The notes under the pieces: model-generated | Seen by the model: the letters and a program-made list of their open reading frames with translations, nothing else | What the model was told of the DNA's origin: nothing | The model's database searches: none | Translations under genes and position numbers: made by a program | In this document: positions 38,223 to 50,247 of the stretch, in pieces | Position numbering within the stretch: position 1 is the stretch's first letter | Layout of the letters: each line of letters starts with the position of its first letter | Assembly (NCBI GenBank): GCA_030390025.1 | Contig: CM059431.1 | Span: 130,388,001 to 130,452,000 of the forward strand | From: Squalus acanthias | Lineage: Eukaryota | DNA length: 64,000 bases | Direction: 5' to 3'

Positions 38223-40574
38223 TAAAGTGCAAAATGGAGTCTTAACAAATGGATTATTTTATTATAACCTTTCTTGATAGTGTTCCTAAAGGACACCTAC
38301 AGCTAACATGCACCATAGTACTGGCACTGCCAATGACAGTATTGGTCACCTGCGCCCTCATGTCCTCTTCCTCTACCTCCATTCTGGCATGCTGCAGTGC
38401 TGTCCTATAAGGAGGGTGCACTGGAATTGCAAGCAGGGCCACTGTCTCTGCTACCACCTCATTCTGCACCACTTGCACTTTGTCAGCCTTCAAATAGCAG
38501 GTTGGAGTGTTGCACCACTCCCTCATTTGACCACAGATTAATTTGCTGCACTAACTGCTGGTTTTTGTCAGGTAATTTTGTTATCCTAGTACCCTTTGCA
38601 AAGGCTGAAATATCCCTTAGTAACTTTAGCAGCCTTTGTGGAGGCTACCAACATGTTTTTACTCATATGCAGTCATTTACCTTTGAGTGGTCGAATCCCT
38701 TTAAATGTACCCATCAACCTTTATAAGCAGCCCTTTTCTTGGTCCTCATCCACGCTAAGTAAATGAAGCTGACCTCATAAAACGCAGTGGGGTCAGTATG
38801 TTAATGGTTTGATGGCTTCTATAACACTCTTTGATGCAATTTCTTTTCTAAATCATGAAAAATGAAGAAAGGTTCCAGAATGAGGCTTAAATGGTGGAGG
38901 AAAAATGTATCTCTGTACAGCATTAAATTCTGAAAGGAACTATGTTTTTATGTTTGAATGATACCCCGTTAATTTGTATGTAAAGGTTCAACTACATTCC
39001 GAAACAGATTAGGTTGTATTTATCATAGCTGATCTAGCACTATGTTCTGCGATCAGTTTCAGTCCATGAGGATTGTCTAAAAACATGTTAGAAGACTGAA
39101 AGATAGAGAAGTGTTACCTGATAGAGGTTCCCTAACTTTTCATTTGTACGGTCCACAGCTGAATTGAAACATTGAGCATTATTTATAGCACTTATATGCA
39201 TATTAAAGGATAATAGGTGATTCAGCAATATTATTGCAGGTTTCTTTTCCTGATTGGCTGTTCAGTTGTTTACTGTAATGCAATCTAGCTCCAAGAATGT
39301 CCCGTGTATGTCTGTGTTTTTTAAAAGTACATTAAAAGTGAGAAACCAGAACTCTTATTTAATTCACAATTAGTGCATCAAAAGACAATAAAACTCCCAT
39401 TAGTTCAGCAGCACACCTAGGTGTCTGTCTGATTTCCATAAGTACATATTGACCGAAGCTGGCACGGATCTATCAAAATGTTCTTCCTTGTTTTGCTGAT
39501 TACTGGCAATCCAGTTTGTGAACAATAATGTATCATATCTGCTAACAGTAGAATGAAGAAACAAGGTGCAGTTTTAGAGTAAACAAAATTTCTGCTGAAA
39601 AATTCAACATTCTCTTAAAAGTAATTAACCTTATCCAAGGGTGTGAAGGAAAAGTGTCATGAATGACAAAAATATGCAGAGCATTTTGCATTAATATTGC
39701 TTCTCTTTCACATGATTTTTCCATATCTGTTTGCTAATAATAAAACATGTGTAAAACAGATGCAATTAAACATTATTGCATTAAAATATTAATTAGCAAT
39801 CAAATAATATGCAAAAAACCTTCAAATACAGCTTTACAGCAAACAGGACTCAGTATCATAAAAGCTTTTTCAGAAACCAATTGGTCACTGAAGATGTTCA
39901 TATTTTTTATTATTTATAAGAAACAGTTATGTAGTGAAAAGAATACTTGCTTAGGAAGAAAGACCTCAAGAGTGAGAAGGATCACTTTCATCATTTCATT
40001 ATTAATTGGTCGTCATCCTGTTATTATAGATTCTTCATGACAGTAGAAAAGGCCAATAAGGTCTTGGTTTTGAGTGTTAATGTTGTATCCCAGTGAGTAC
40101 TGTGATGTCAGGAACAAACAGAAAAGGGTCTATCAAACTGCATGTGCCAGTATATTGACTGAAACTGTATTTAACACTTGGCAAAATACAACAAGTTAGG
40201 GCAAATCCTTCTTCTGCTCTTTATTTCAGGAAGTACATTCTCCCATAGATTTAATGATATATGCTTTTCTTACCTGCTTTCCAGTCAGAAAATATAATTC
40301 AGCTATTATTTTCTGCCATTTTTTCATAAATTAACTCAGAAACAAGAATCCATGAGGTAAGAATCCATAGATCCAAAACTGATCCCTGAGGAAGTCTGGT
40401 TGGTTTTCTTTTCAGTTTCCCACTGTGTTTAATTGGTCAGACATAAGATTTATTTGGCTTTGTACTGCTGTATTTGTAAGGATGTCAGGTAATTACAATG
40501 CCTTCTCAGAATATCTTCATCTATCAGTGAACTATAAGACAGACAGGAAAACAGATTTGGATCTCAAAGTCATT

Positions 40575-41298
40575 GGGCTAGAAATTGGGTTTCGCTAACT
40601 TTTGAAAAGTAGGAAAAGTAGTGCCAGGCGCTAATGATTCTCTCCTGACGGGAAATTCAGCTTTCGTGCTCCAAGAGGGAAGTGGAGCACTAAATCAAGC
40701 GCTACCACTTACCTTAGAGCGCTAAAGGGAGCAAGAGGGGCGGTAGCGGCAGAGCGCTGCACAGTGTTCCGTGCAGCACTGCCAGTTTTACAGGCTCCTT
40801 CCCCCCCTTAAAGGGAAGGGCCAATGCTGCGGTCATTGAAGGCTAAGGTTGGGAATGGTCGTCGACGGCACCTGCGATATGCACATAGCAGCCCCAAGCA
40901 CTCTAATAGAGCGCAGGGCTGATCAATCGCAGGCGGAAAAAAATCAAAATACAGCACACTGGGGACATTATTAAATTTTGGCCTACCTGACCACCACTAC
41001 CTTTAATTAGCACTCCCCAGGTGGCCAGCTGAGGTGACAACGCCTCCTGCAGCTACTGTTGTTGACGCCCGGCGATGCTGCAGGGGACAGAAGCGAATTT
41101 TACATCCGGGGCGATAACAGGGCGCTGCGCACCAGATAACGTCACGCTCTCCAGGGCGCAGGAGATCGAGGCAGTACCCACCATGGAAGTTCACGGGCGT
41201 TGGTAATTTCGCCACGCCCGGTCGGTAAGCCCTTAGCGCCCCGTTATCGCCCACTGGAGGCGCTAACGGGAGGCGCAAAGGAGGCCAATTTCTCCCCC
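40575..41298. mobile_element. Harbinger-type MITE (724 bp), CpG-rich
   Basis: TIRs GGGCTAGAAATTGG and rc GGGGGAGAAATTGG; TSD ATT/ATT; repeated GCGCTA/TAGCGC subterminal motifs. Confidence 0.85.
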
Positions 41299-41337
41299 AT
41301 TATGTTTTAAAATAACTGCATAGTAATTGTATTTTTT

Positions 41338-41402
41338 TGTCTGTCTATCTATATACCTATCTATCTATCTATCATCTGATCTATCTATCATCTCAACTAT
41401 CT
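41338..41402. repeat. Imperfect (TCTA)n microsatellite
   Basis: TCTGTCTATCTATATACCTATCTATCTATCTATCATCTGATCTATCTATC. Confidence 0.85.
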
Positions 41403-42530
41403 CATAAATAATAAGTTATCTGAAGGGGGTGGTGTTTTTAAAAGTTTGGGCGGCTGCAATTTCTGATTTGAGTGTAACTATGCTTGACACTTTCTTCTCT
41501 ACAAGTTATTTTCTTTATTTCCTAGGACAGCTATTTCATTTATTTTATAAATTGACCTGGAACAGGGGAATGTGATTGTTCACGATAATTAATGTTACTC
41601 AGATTTCAATTTGCACCTTGAAACAAATAATGACGGAATAGTTGCTTATACGCAACACCCCTTATTATTGAAAGCAACTGTTAAAATTGAGTTCCAGCAT
41701 AATATTTAAACACGTTCTGAGCAGTATCAGTATTATAATACCAGTCTGCATTCTACATAATTGTGTTGTTTTGCACGTAAGCAATCTTAACTTGAAATTA
41801 AAAGAGAACATTCTGGAAATACACAGCAGCTCAGTTTGGGTGCAATGTCTTCATCAGAACTCAGTATTAACCTGTCTTAAGGTTTATGTATTCATCTAAG
41901 GTGACTTTTGCTCTAATTGCTAATTTAATTTGTATAACCAAGGTGTTCTAGACATGATGGCTATCTGGGTGCATCAGGGAGAATCTAGATTGCACACACA
42001 AATCCTGAAATTCTGGTGTTCCTGGTCTACCACTGGAGTATGGCAGAGTGGGACTCTGCGCTGCCAGCAGAGGCTGTTGACTCTGTCCAAAATTATGGGG
42101 ATGGGGTCATTTAAATAATTGGAGTGGACAACCCATGCCCATACAGCCACAAGAGAGGTGCCTGCCCCAACAGCTGTGTGGACAAATGGAGCATTACAAT
42201 GTCACTCTGAGGGGGAGGAAGATACCCTTATTGGCCCAACCAGCTAACTGAAAATGTTTTTATTTCTTTGCTCCAATGGGACAACAAAGCAGGCCTCTGA
42301 AGGAAAGCCTTGTGGCCTTTACTAGGTGCACAATGGAACTTGTGACAGCTCTCAGTTGGTGTGAGTTTCATTGAGCCTAAGGCAAGCATAATAGCTGGAA
42401 TTGCCAAAGCAGCCTGAGAACTCCTCCAGACACGCCACCAAAACCATTCTAGGATGGAAGGAGTCAGATAGAAGACTTGCCAACTCCCACTAACTGAAAT
42501 TAGGGCAGCGCTTCACATGGGGTAGATACC

Positions 42531-43425
42531 CAATCATCGAATCATAGAATGATACAGCATCGAAGGAGACCCTTCAGCCCATCGTGCCTATGCCGGCTCT
42601 TTGGTAGAGCTATCCAATTAATCCCACTCCCCTGCACTTTCACCATTGCCTTGTAACTCTTTTCCATTCAAGTATTTATCCAATTCTCTTTTGAATGTTA
42701 CTATTGAATCTGCTTCCACCACCCTTTCAGGCTGTGCACTCCAGATTACAGCAACTCGCTGTCTAAAATTTTTTTTCCTCATGTCACCTCTGGTTCTTTT
42801 GCCAATCACCTTAAATCTGAAATAACAACAGAAAACGCTGGAAACACTCAGCAGGCCAGGCAGCATCCGTGGAGAGAGAAACAGAGTTAATGTTTCAGGT
42901 CTGGGACCTTCATCAGTTTTGCTATTACCTTAAATCTGATCTTTGGTTACCAACCCTTCTGGCACTGGAAACAGTTTCTCCTTATTTACTCTATCAAAAC
43001 CATTCATGATTTTGAACACCTCGATCAAATCTCTCCTTAACCTTCTCTGTTCTAAGGAGAACAACCCCAGCTTCTCCAGTCTCTCCACATAATTGAAGTC
43101 CTTCATCCCTGGTACCATTCTAATAAATCTCTTCTGCACCCTCTCCAAGGCCTTGACATCCTTCCTAAAGTGTGGTGCCCAGAATTGAACATGATACTCT
43201 AGCTGAGGCCTAACCAGTGTGTTTTAGCATAACTTCCTTGCTTTTGTACCTTATTCCTTTATTAATAAAGCCAAGGATCCAGTATGCTTTTTAACAGCCC
43301 TCTCAACTTGTCCTGCCACCTTCAAAGATTTGTGTACATACACCCCAGGTCTCCCTGTTCCTGCACCCCCTTTAAAATTGTGCCATTTAGTTCATATTGC
43401 CTCTCCACATTCTTCCTACCAATGC
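42531..43425 (-). mobile_element. CR1 LINE 3' fragment with a Penelope piece inserted
   Basis: ORF 42930..43148 (ERVQKRFIRMVPGMKDF) and 42618..42866; CATAGAAT tail near 42540; same subfamily as 910-2462. Confidence 0.88.
42820..42916 (-). mobile_element. Penelope-like terminal repeat fragment with a hammerhead ribozyme core
   Basis: Same repeat as 14490-14640; rc of 42885-42916 is CTGATGA-AGGTC-CCA-GACCT-GAAA-CATT-AACT. Confidence 0.7.
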
Positions 43426-43759
43426 ATCTGGATTCCACCCATTTGGCACTACCACCCACTCCCAGCAGGTGATCTACCCACTCTATGCCCTCCCAGGTCT
43501 CCAGAATTTTACCCCACAGTATTTTACCAAAATGCTGTTCAGTTCCTTATGAAAAGTAATTTAATGGCTGAAATTATATCTGCATGACCACATGTAATTG
43601 TGAATTTGTCTAGTTAGAATGTTTAAGGTAAGTCTGTGATTGCAAAAGTCCATTTAAGTAGATGAATAAATACACATTTTCAATGACATTGTGGTTGCCC
43701 ACATTTGATTTTATGAATGGGTGAGTTAGAGGGGTGTGAGAAAACATTCTCAGCAGAAT

Positions 43760-44050
43760 TGTGTTCTTGGGCTGTGGGCGACACTGACGAGCAGTATTTA
43801 TTGTCCATCTCTAGTTGTCCTGAGAGCATTAAGAGTCAACCACGTAGTGTTAGACTGGAGTCACATGAAAACCAGACCGGGTAGGGGTGGCAGCACCTTC
43901 CCTGAAGGACATGAATAAACCAGTTAGATTTTGATGACAATCTATCCATGGTGCCAGCCCACAAATTACCAGATTTATTGAATTCAGTTTCATAACTTGC
44001 TATGGTGGGATCTGAGCACATCACCTTCGTTGGGTCCCAAACCCATAGGC
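43760..44050 (-). mobile_element. Decayed tRNA-derived SINE
   Basis: rc has a B-box-like GCTCAGATCCCACCATAGC, body CATGTGACTCCAG..GTGGTTGACTCTTAATGC and a tail GATGGACAATAAAT like the LINE end at 16986-17103. Confidence 0.55.
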
Positions 44051-44329
44051 TGAGCTTTTTTGCCAATGAGTTGAATTTCAAAATATGCTATAGATTAGAA
44101 TTTAATGGAATTTAGGAAATTAATCTCTGTAATTTTCATCATTTAATAAAGTAATACAAGATTTTTTTAAAGTACTGGGATAACAACTGAAAATATTAAA
44201 TTTTGCGCATTATATTACTGTTATGGATTCATGGGCTAGTCTAATTAACCCTTTCCAAACAGGCTCGGTATATTCTGCCAAGCTTCATCACGTAAGGTAC
44301 ATCTCTGAACGACAATCGTGTAACTATGG

Positions 44330-44612
44330 GTCATTCAGGACTCAAATGCTTGCCATTGAAAGTGATCTAGTACGATCTGTAGATTTCAATAGCGTTATTG
44401 ATTCATTTGCTGAGAGAAAGGCAAGTAAAGCACGATTATATATTGAAAGTCATAAAATAAATTATATGGACATTTGGAAACTTCTTTTTATTCCATATTC
44501 TTAACTACATGTTTTATTATCACTGATTGGTTTTATTCATAATTTTGTAAGCCCCCCCAGCTTGGGGCTCTAGTACAGTTGTATCCACCTCCCCCCCACC
44601 CTTTTCAGGGCT
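44330..44612 (+). pseudogene. hAT transposase C-terminal relic with probable 3' end
   Basis: ORF 44223..44504 contains LAIESDLVRSVDFNSVIDSFAERKASK, resembling the L.IE....ID.FA..K.R C-terminus of hAT/ZMYM1-like transposases; C-rich subterminal region ending in CTG. Confidence 0.55.
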
Positions 44613-44639
44613 GCAGATAGGAACCTAGTGATCGTAGTC

Positions 44640-46350
44640 CATGTAGGGGTAAATGACATAGGGAGAAATAATTAGATATCATAAAAGGCTCAAGACTCAT
44701 AAATCGAGCATGCGGAATAATATTCTGTGGTATACTCCCAGTATTTTGTAAAGGACAGGAATACACCAAGAAAACTGAGGAGGTAAATGAATGGCTGGTA
44801 GCATTGTGTGAGTACAACCTTCAAAAAAACTGGGAATCCTTCCAGAACAAAAAAGGTTGAGTACAGGAGAGACAGGCTACTCTGAAACCAAGTAAGGACT
44901 AATAGACTTGCAAGGAACATCGACGCACTTAATCACTTAAACTGGACAGATGTAGAGAGGGAGAGCAGGCAGGACACAGGATGTCAGATGAGACAGATTG
45001 TAGGGTAGAAGGTAGTCAATAAGCAGGTCTAGAATCAGAAACGCGGAGACTTACATGAACCAAAGACTAGGAATAAGCAGACACTAGGGCACATGAGAGA
45101 AGGCAAATCTATAATAAGATTTATATACATGAATGCTGGAAACATTAGAAATAAGATGCCAGAACTGGAGACTGTTATGGCAGTAGAGAACTATATGCGG
45201 TAGGAATATCAGAAATCCTGATGATGGAAATGGATATAACATTCAGCCGTTTGGAGTGTTTAAAAAATACAAGAGTGGACAAAAAAGGAAATGGCGTAGC
45301 CCGATATGTGAGGGATCCCTGGGAGGTAGAAAGCTACAAAATGACTAGACACTTTTAATGCTAAAAAACACAAGCTAACACAAAAGGTATGCTATAGACC
45401 ACCAGGTCAGCATAAGAATAAGTATGAATTTCTCCCTGAAGAAATAGTAAGGGTATCAACCAAACATAAATGGGGAAACCCAAGTGGTTTCGAATCAGAG
45501 TTGGTAGATGTAATGCACAACTGGTTGTTGACCAGTATATCAAGTAAGCCACATGAGGCAATACTCATCTTGATCTGGTATTCGTTATGACCCAGAAAAT
45601 ATACAGGAAATGGAAGTCGTTACAACTCTGGGGGACAGCAAACATAGAAAGATGCAATTTAATATGATCTGGAAGTCTGAAATATCTAAGACCAGGTGCC
45701 AGGTACATAACTTTAAAATGGCTAAATTTGAGGAAATGATGGATCAGCTAAAACAAATCAATTGGAGGAGGTTCTTCAATAATATTTTAGTAGAAGACAA
45801 ATGGAGAATCTTTGTAGGTATAATGTTGAGCTTGTAGGATTCCCAAAATCAACAAGCTCAAACTAAGGAAACTTGAGCCTTAAATGGCTCAACAAATTAA
45901 AAGTGAAATAAAGAGGAAAGATAGGCTGTACAAATCTTACACAGAAGAAAGGAGAACAGGCTCAATGAGATGAATATAAGAAAATGCACACTCACATTAA
46001 AAGGGTAATCAGAGGGGCAAAGAGAGACCTGGAAAAAGCCATAGCAGCTGAAGCTCAGCATAATAGTAAAAAAATATATATTTCAGTACCGCAAGAGGGC
46101 AGTAAGGAGAGCAAGTGAAAATCATAATAGAGACAGATGGGCTTGAAACCTAGGATGAGCATAAAATAATAAATATTCTGAATTACTATTTCCTCCAAAT
46201 GTTCGCCAGAGAAGACATGAGCAATGTGCCCTCTCTAGACAAGTAAGACAAATATCCCAAGTAAAATCAGTGACTTATTATAAATGAGATGAATGTCCTA
46301 GGCAGGCTAAATGGGCTCATAACAAATAAATCCACATGGATATCTAGTAT
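44640..46350 (+). mobile_element. Old CR1 LINE: end of ORF1, endonuclease and tether, decayed
   Basis: YRRDRLL*NQVRTNRLA (DGLHLN-like), IYMNAGNIRNKMPEL, LDLVF, LGDSKH, KRVIRGAKRDLEKAIA, ILNYYF. Confidence 0.75.
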
Positions 46351-48408
46351 GTATCATGTCCCTGAAGAGGGGGATGATGATGATAGAGGTCAAGACCACC
46401 CATGAATCCCTGGACCAAGATCCTACTCCATGTTATTTTGCCACAACCTTTCCGATCTCACCCCCTGCATTACTCGCTTTTTCACTCCCACGCATCACCT
46501 CAGCTGCCTTCACCCGGAGGGAATTAGATACTATTAGTGAGGAAATGGCATTGGGTAATCCACTGCATGATAGAGCTGAAGGAGTAGGTGTGGTGTGCCA
46601 TCTTCCCAGTGGAGGCCGAGAGAAGACTATCTATAGCTTCAAAGTCATGGGACCCAGAACCCATGGGTACTCGCCTAAAAAGAAGAATGTTCGAGGAACA
46701 CCACTCCCAAGTGCAGGCTCTGTGATCGGTTTCTGAAGACGTATGCCAACTGATAGCTGTGAATTTGAAATCTACAACCATCATTTGCAACACATGAGGC
46801 AAGGTTTTACTTTGTTGTAGGCATCAATGGAGCATGTAGCAGCTTCATTATAATCTGCAGCAGCCCCCCCCCCCCCCCCCCGCCCTAAGAAACAGCCATT
46901 GACCAGTCAGTGTTTCCTCCTCAACAGAGGCAGCTCTGGTGGCAGTAAGGGACAGATTAGACAGTATCTTGTGCACTGGCTTTCAGATCCTGGGGACCAG
47001 GATGGAGCCTGCTGTGCCTGGGGGCTTTCAGGATCTGATAGTTGCTATTAGACAAGCCAGCCCGCTGATCATTGGGGATACAGATCCACTGCACAGTGGA
47101 ATGAGGACACCTGGAGGCAACCTGCCTGCGCCATTTCTCAGGACAGCAGCACTTGCCAGACATCAGGCCTCCTCACTCAGAGCATCAGCCAGCGGCATGT
47201 AGGAATTAACATGAGGTTGTTCAGGTGTAAACTCCAGAAAAGCAGCCAGCACCGCGCACATTCCAGGACCAAGCTGCCATGAATTTGAGTTTGGGCAGAC
47301 TTCTGGTGGGTGGAGTGCTCATGCCGCACACCTGAAGTCCTGACCACAAGGCCTACATCATTTTGAGGTCTGGGCCCCATAAGCTTCCCACCAGTGAGGT
47401 GTGAACACAGATTCAGTGCTCACAGGTAGCTTGCTGTTTGGTGGCAGCGGAGTAGAATTCTGGCAGCTCCGACATAGAGCCCTGTGGGAGCTGGAGAGGC
47501 AAATCACTTGGGGGAGAAGCAGATGGCCAGCAGCGGGCTGCAAGCTTATTGTTGATAGGAGGAGGAGCTTTCACGACCATTGCTGTAACCATACCATGTG
47601 ACAGGCATGGTGATTTTGATTGGATGTGCCTCCTTAAATCAATGAGCAGTTGCTGACGTGCATTGATGCTTGCTACGGCCAGCAGAATAGCAGACAACTC
47701 TTTTAGTATGATTAGGTGGTATGATACTTTGAGCAGTGCAGATTGTCAAATTGATTGAAAGAACAGAACTAAAGGAAGTACTTATTCTTTCACATTTGTT
47801 CTTCTACTGACCTTTCGTGAATTGTTGCTGATGTGGATGATACTGGTGCCTCATCTGTCAAATCCGATTATACATTTTTCCTCGAATGAGAACAAGGCAG
47901 CAAACATGCTACACCTTTGAGTCTATCATTGCAAATGCCTGTTTAGACATGGAGCACCTATTTCTTGTAACAGCAAAGCAAGATTTCCTGTTACTCTTGT
48001 ATTTAGCTATCATAAATTGTGTTTTTTTAAAAACAGGTTGACACTTATGTGCCGCTCTCTCACTTGTGCCACTGTTTCAGCATTCAGCCTGCTATCTTCT
48101 AATAAATGTACATAATATTTGACCATTCAGCACACTCAGTGGACCAAATTGAAAGCCTATGAAGGCTTCTTGCAATCTCCCATACTATGCTCAATCTACT
48201 CATTAATGTTCAGTGTGTCTTCATTATGACATTAACCTTTTGAAATCAATAATACTGGTCAGAAGGCATGAAGGAAAACCAGAGAGTATACCAATAAGAA
48301 CTAAAATGCCAAAGTTGTAAATCCATGCAATAAGCTTGTAATAAAAATATTGTACTTTGGAGAGGGGATAAACACCGTAGTGCTGGGTAGAATATCATAA
48401 GGAATTTT

Positions 48409-48592
48409 GGGGTAATGTTCACTTTCGACAGGGGTGGAAACTGGTAGCAGAATATCAGCTACTCATTATACACCCCGCCTGATTATCCGTTCCATTGAAG
48501 TCAAACGAAAAGAAAAATCGGGTGAGGTGCACAGCCGGTAGCCAATCCGATACCGCCAATTTTCTGCCCCCGTCAAAAGTGAAAATTACCTC
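48409..48592. mobile_element. 184-bp palindromic MITE
   Basis: TIRs GGGGTAATGTTCACTTTCGAC and rc GAGGTAATTTTCACTTTTGAC; inverted symmetry continues inward to a centre near 48500. Confidence 0.75.
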
Positions 48593-48985
48593 ACTCCCCT
48601 GCTCTTTCCCTATATCCCTGAATTTTTTTTCTCCTTCAAGTATTTATCCAATTCTCTTTCGAAGGCTACAATTGAGTCTGTATCCACCACCCTATCAGGC
48701 AGTGCATTCCAAATCCTAACCACTCGTTGTGTAAAAATGATTTTCCTCATGTCGCCTGTGGTTCTTTTGCCATTCACCTGAAATCTGTGCCCTCTGGTTA
48801 TCGACCCTTCAGCCATTGGAAACATTTTCTCTTTATTTACTCTATCTAAACCCTTCATGATTTTAAACACCTCTATCAAATCTCCTCTTAGCCTGCTCTA
48901 AGGAGAACAACCCCAGCTCCTAACTATAATCCCTTATCCCGAGAACCATTCTAGTAAATCTCTTCCCGACCCTCTCCAAAGCCTT
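48593..48985 (-). mobile_element. CR1 LINE 3' fragment
   Basis: ORF 48610..48879 IEVFKIMKGLDRV..TRGHRF..FTQRVVRIWNALP. Confidence 0.85.
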
Positions 48986-49139
48986 CCTGCCAGATCCCAC
49001 TGGGAGACTAATGGAGCCTATGCAGATGAGGCCCAGGAGTTAAAATTTCCTGGGCCTTACTCTGCGGAAGGCAGACCAATTCCCATCCACCTCGGCCCCC
49101 GCCCTAGTGACTCCCATTGGGAGTTAAAATTGGAGCCTA

Positions 49140-49758
49140 GGTCATTAAAGGTGGCAGCACAAGAAGAGAAGGTCATAAAAAGAAATCAACAGAATTTTTG
49201 ATTTTGCATCTAATGGCATACAATGTAAAATAAGAAGGTAATGTTTTACTTATACAATATATTAGTTCGGCCACACTTGGAGTATTGTGTATAGCTTTGG
49301 GCACCCCATTAGAGGAAGGAAATAAAAGCAATGTAAAAGGTGCAGTGTCGATGTTACATATGTTACAAGGGATGATGGGGTTACAGTTATGGAGAGACTT
49401 GAGAAGTTAGGGCTTTTTTCATTGGAACTGAGAAGGTTGAATGGTGACCTGATAGAGGTATTCCAGATTATGAAGGGTTGTGATGGGGGTAACTAGCATT
49501 AGATTGTTTCAATTGGTCAGTGAGATGGTGAAGAGTGTGCACAAATTTAAGATAATCAACAGAATTAGAGAAGAGGTTAAAAAAAAGGTTACACACAGAG
49601 TGAGTTGAATGTGGAATTCTCTGCCACAAGCCATTGTTGATGGATAGTCCAAATGTACTTGCTTCAAAAAGAGTACGATTAAAGGCTATGGGGAACAAGA
49701 AGGAAAAAGGGATTAGACCAAGTGGCTCACATGGATAAAATACCTGTGCAGACTTGAT
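49140..49758 (+). mobile_element. Old CR1 LINE 3' fragment whose 3'UTR is the Harbinger insertion site
   Basis: TTAGTTCGGCCACACTTGGAGTATTGTG (LVRPHLEYC), GTGACCTGATAGAGG, UTR ..GACTTGAT resuming as GGGCTCAACAGCCT after 53809. Confidence 0.75.
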
Positions 49759-50247
49759 GGCCTAGAGATTGGGTGGTTTATCGCTCCCCGTTTCCGGCAT
49801 AATCGGGCGAAAAAATGGAGGCCGCTGCTCTTCTGCCAGCTGGCAGCGGGTCCCACGGCGGCTGCCATTGTCTAATGGACGGTAGCACTACTGATAGCAG
49901 CGATCGCAAAAATCATCGAAATGAAGCAGATTGTGACGTCAGTGAGTGTGCAGTGCTCACTTGACGCCCGATCTGCAAGTTTGGACTTGCTCCATTTAAA
50001 GTACGATGAGCTGAGCATGCGTTGACAAGCAGGAAGGAGGCTCCAGCAGCGTATTTAAAGGAATCATCAGCAATCACTTCCACCTGACATGTTTGTTCAG
50101 TTTGACTGGCTCTGTGCAACTTTCTGCAACTCCAGAAGCTTTATAAACTTATTGCAAGCTTCAAAGGTAACAGGGACTTTTATTGCAACTAGAGAGCGCC
50201 TTCATTCTTATTTAAAGGCTTCTGCTCACACCACTTGCTCACAGTCA

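Noticed and set aside
36900..38800. Decayed coding-like sequence around the SINE
   Set aside because: May be an old transposon relic, but I could not read a diagnostic motif in any frame
40575..41298. CpG-island promoter
   Set aside because: The CpG-rich stretch is bounded exactly by MITE TIRs and a TSD, so it is better explained by a young insertion
41800..41862. Additional hammerhead in an old Penelope-like fragment
   Set aside because: rc has AGTTCTGATGA but no convincing helix II or GAAA; too decayed to call
46356..47700. Possible further Harbinger accessory-gene relic
   Set aside because: Only compositional resemblance and faint peptide echoes; no TIR or clear motif
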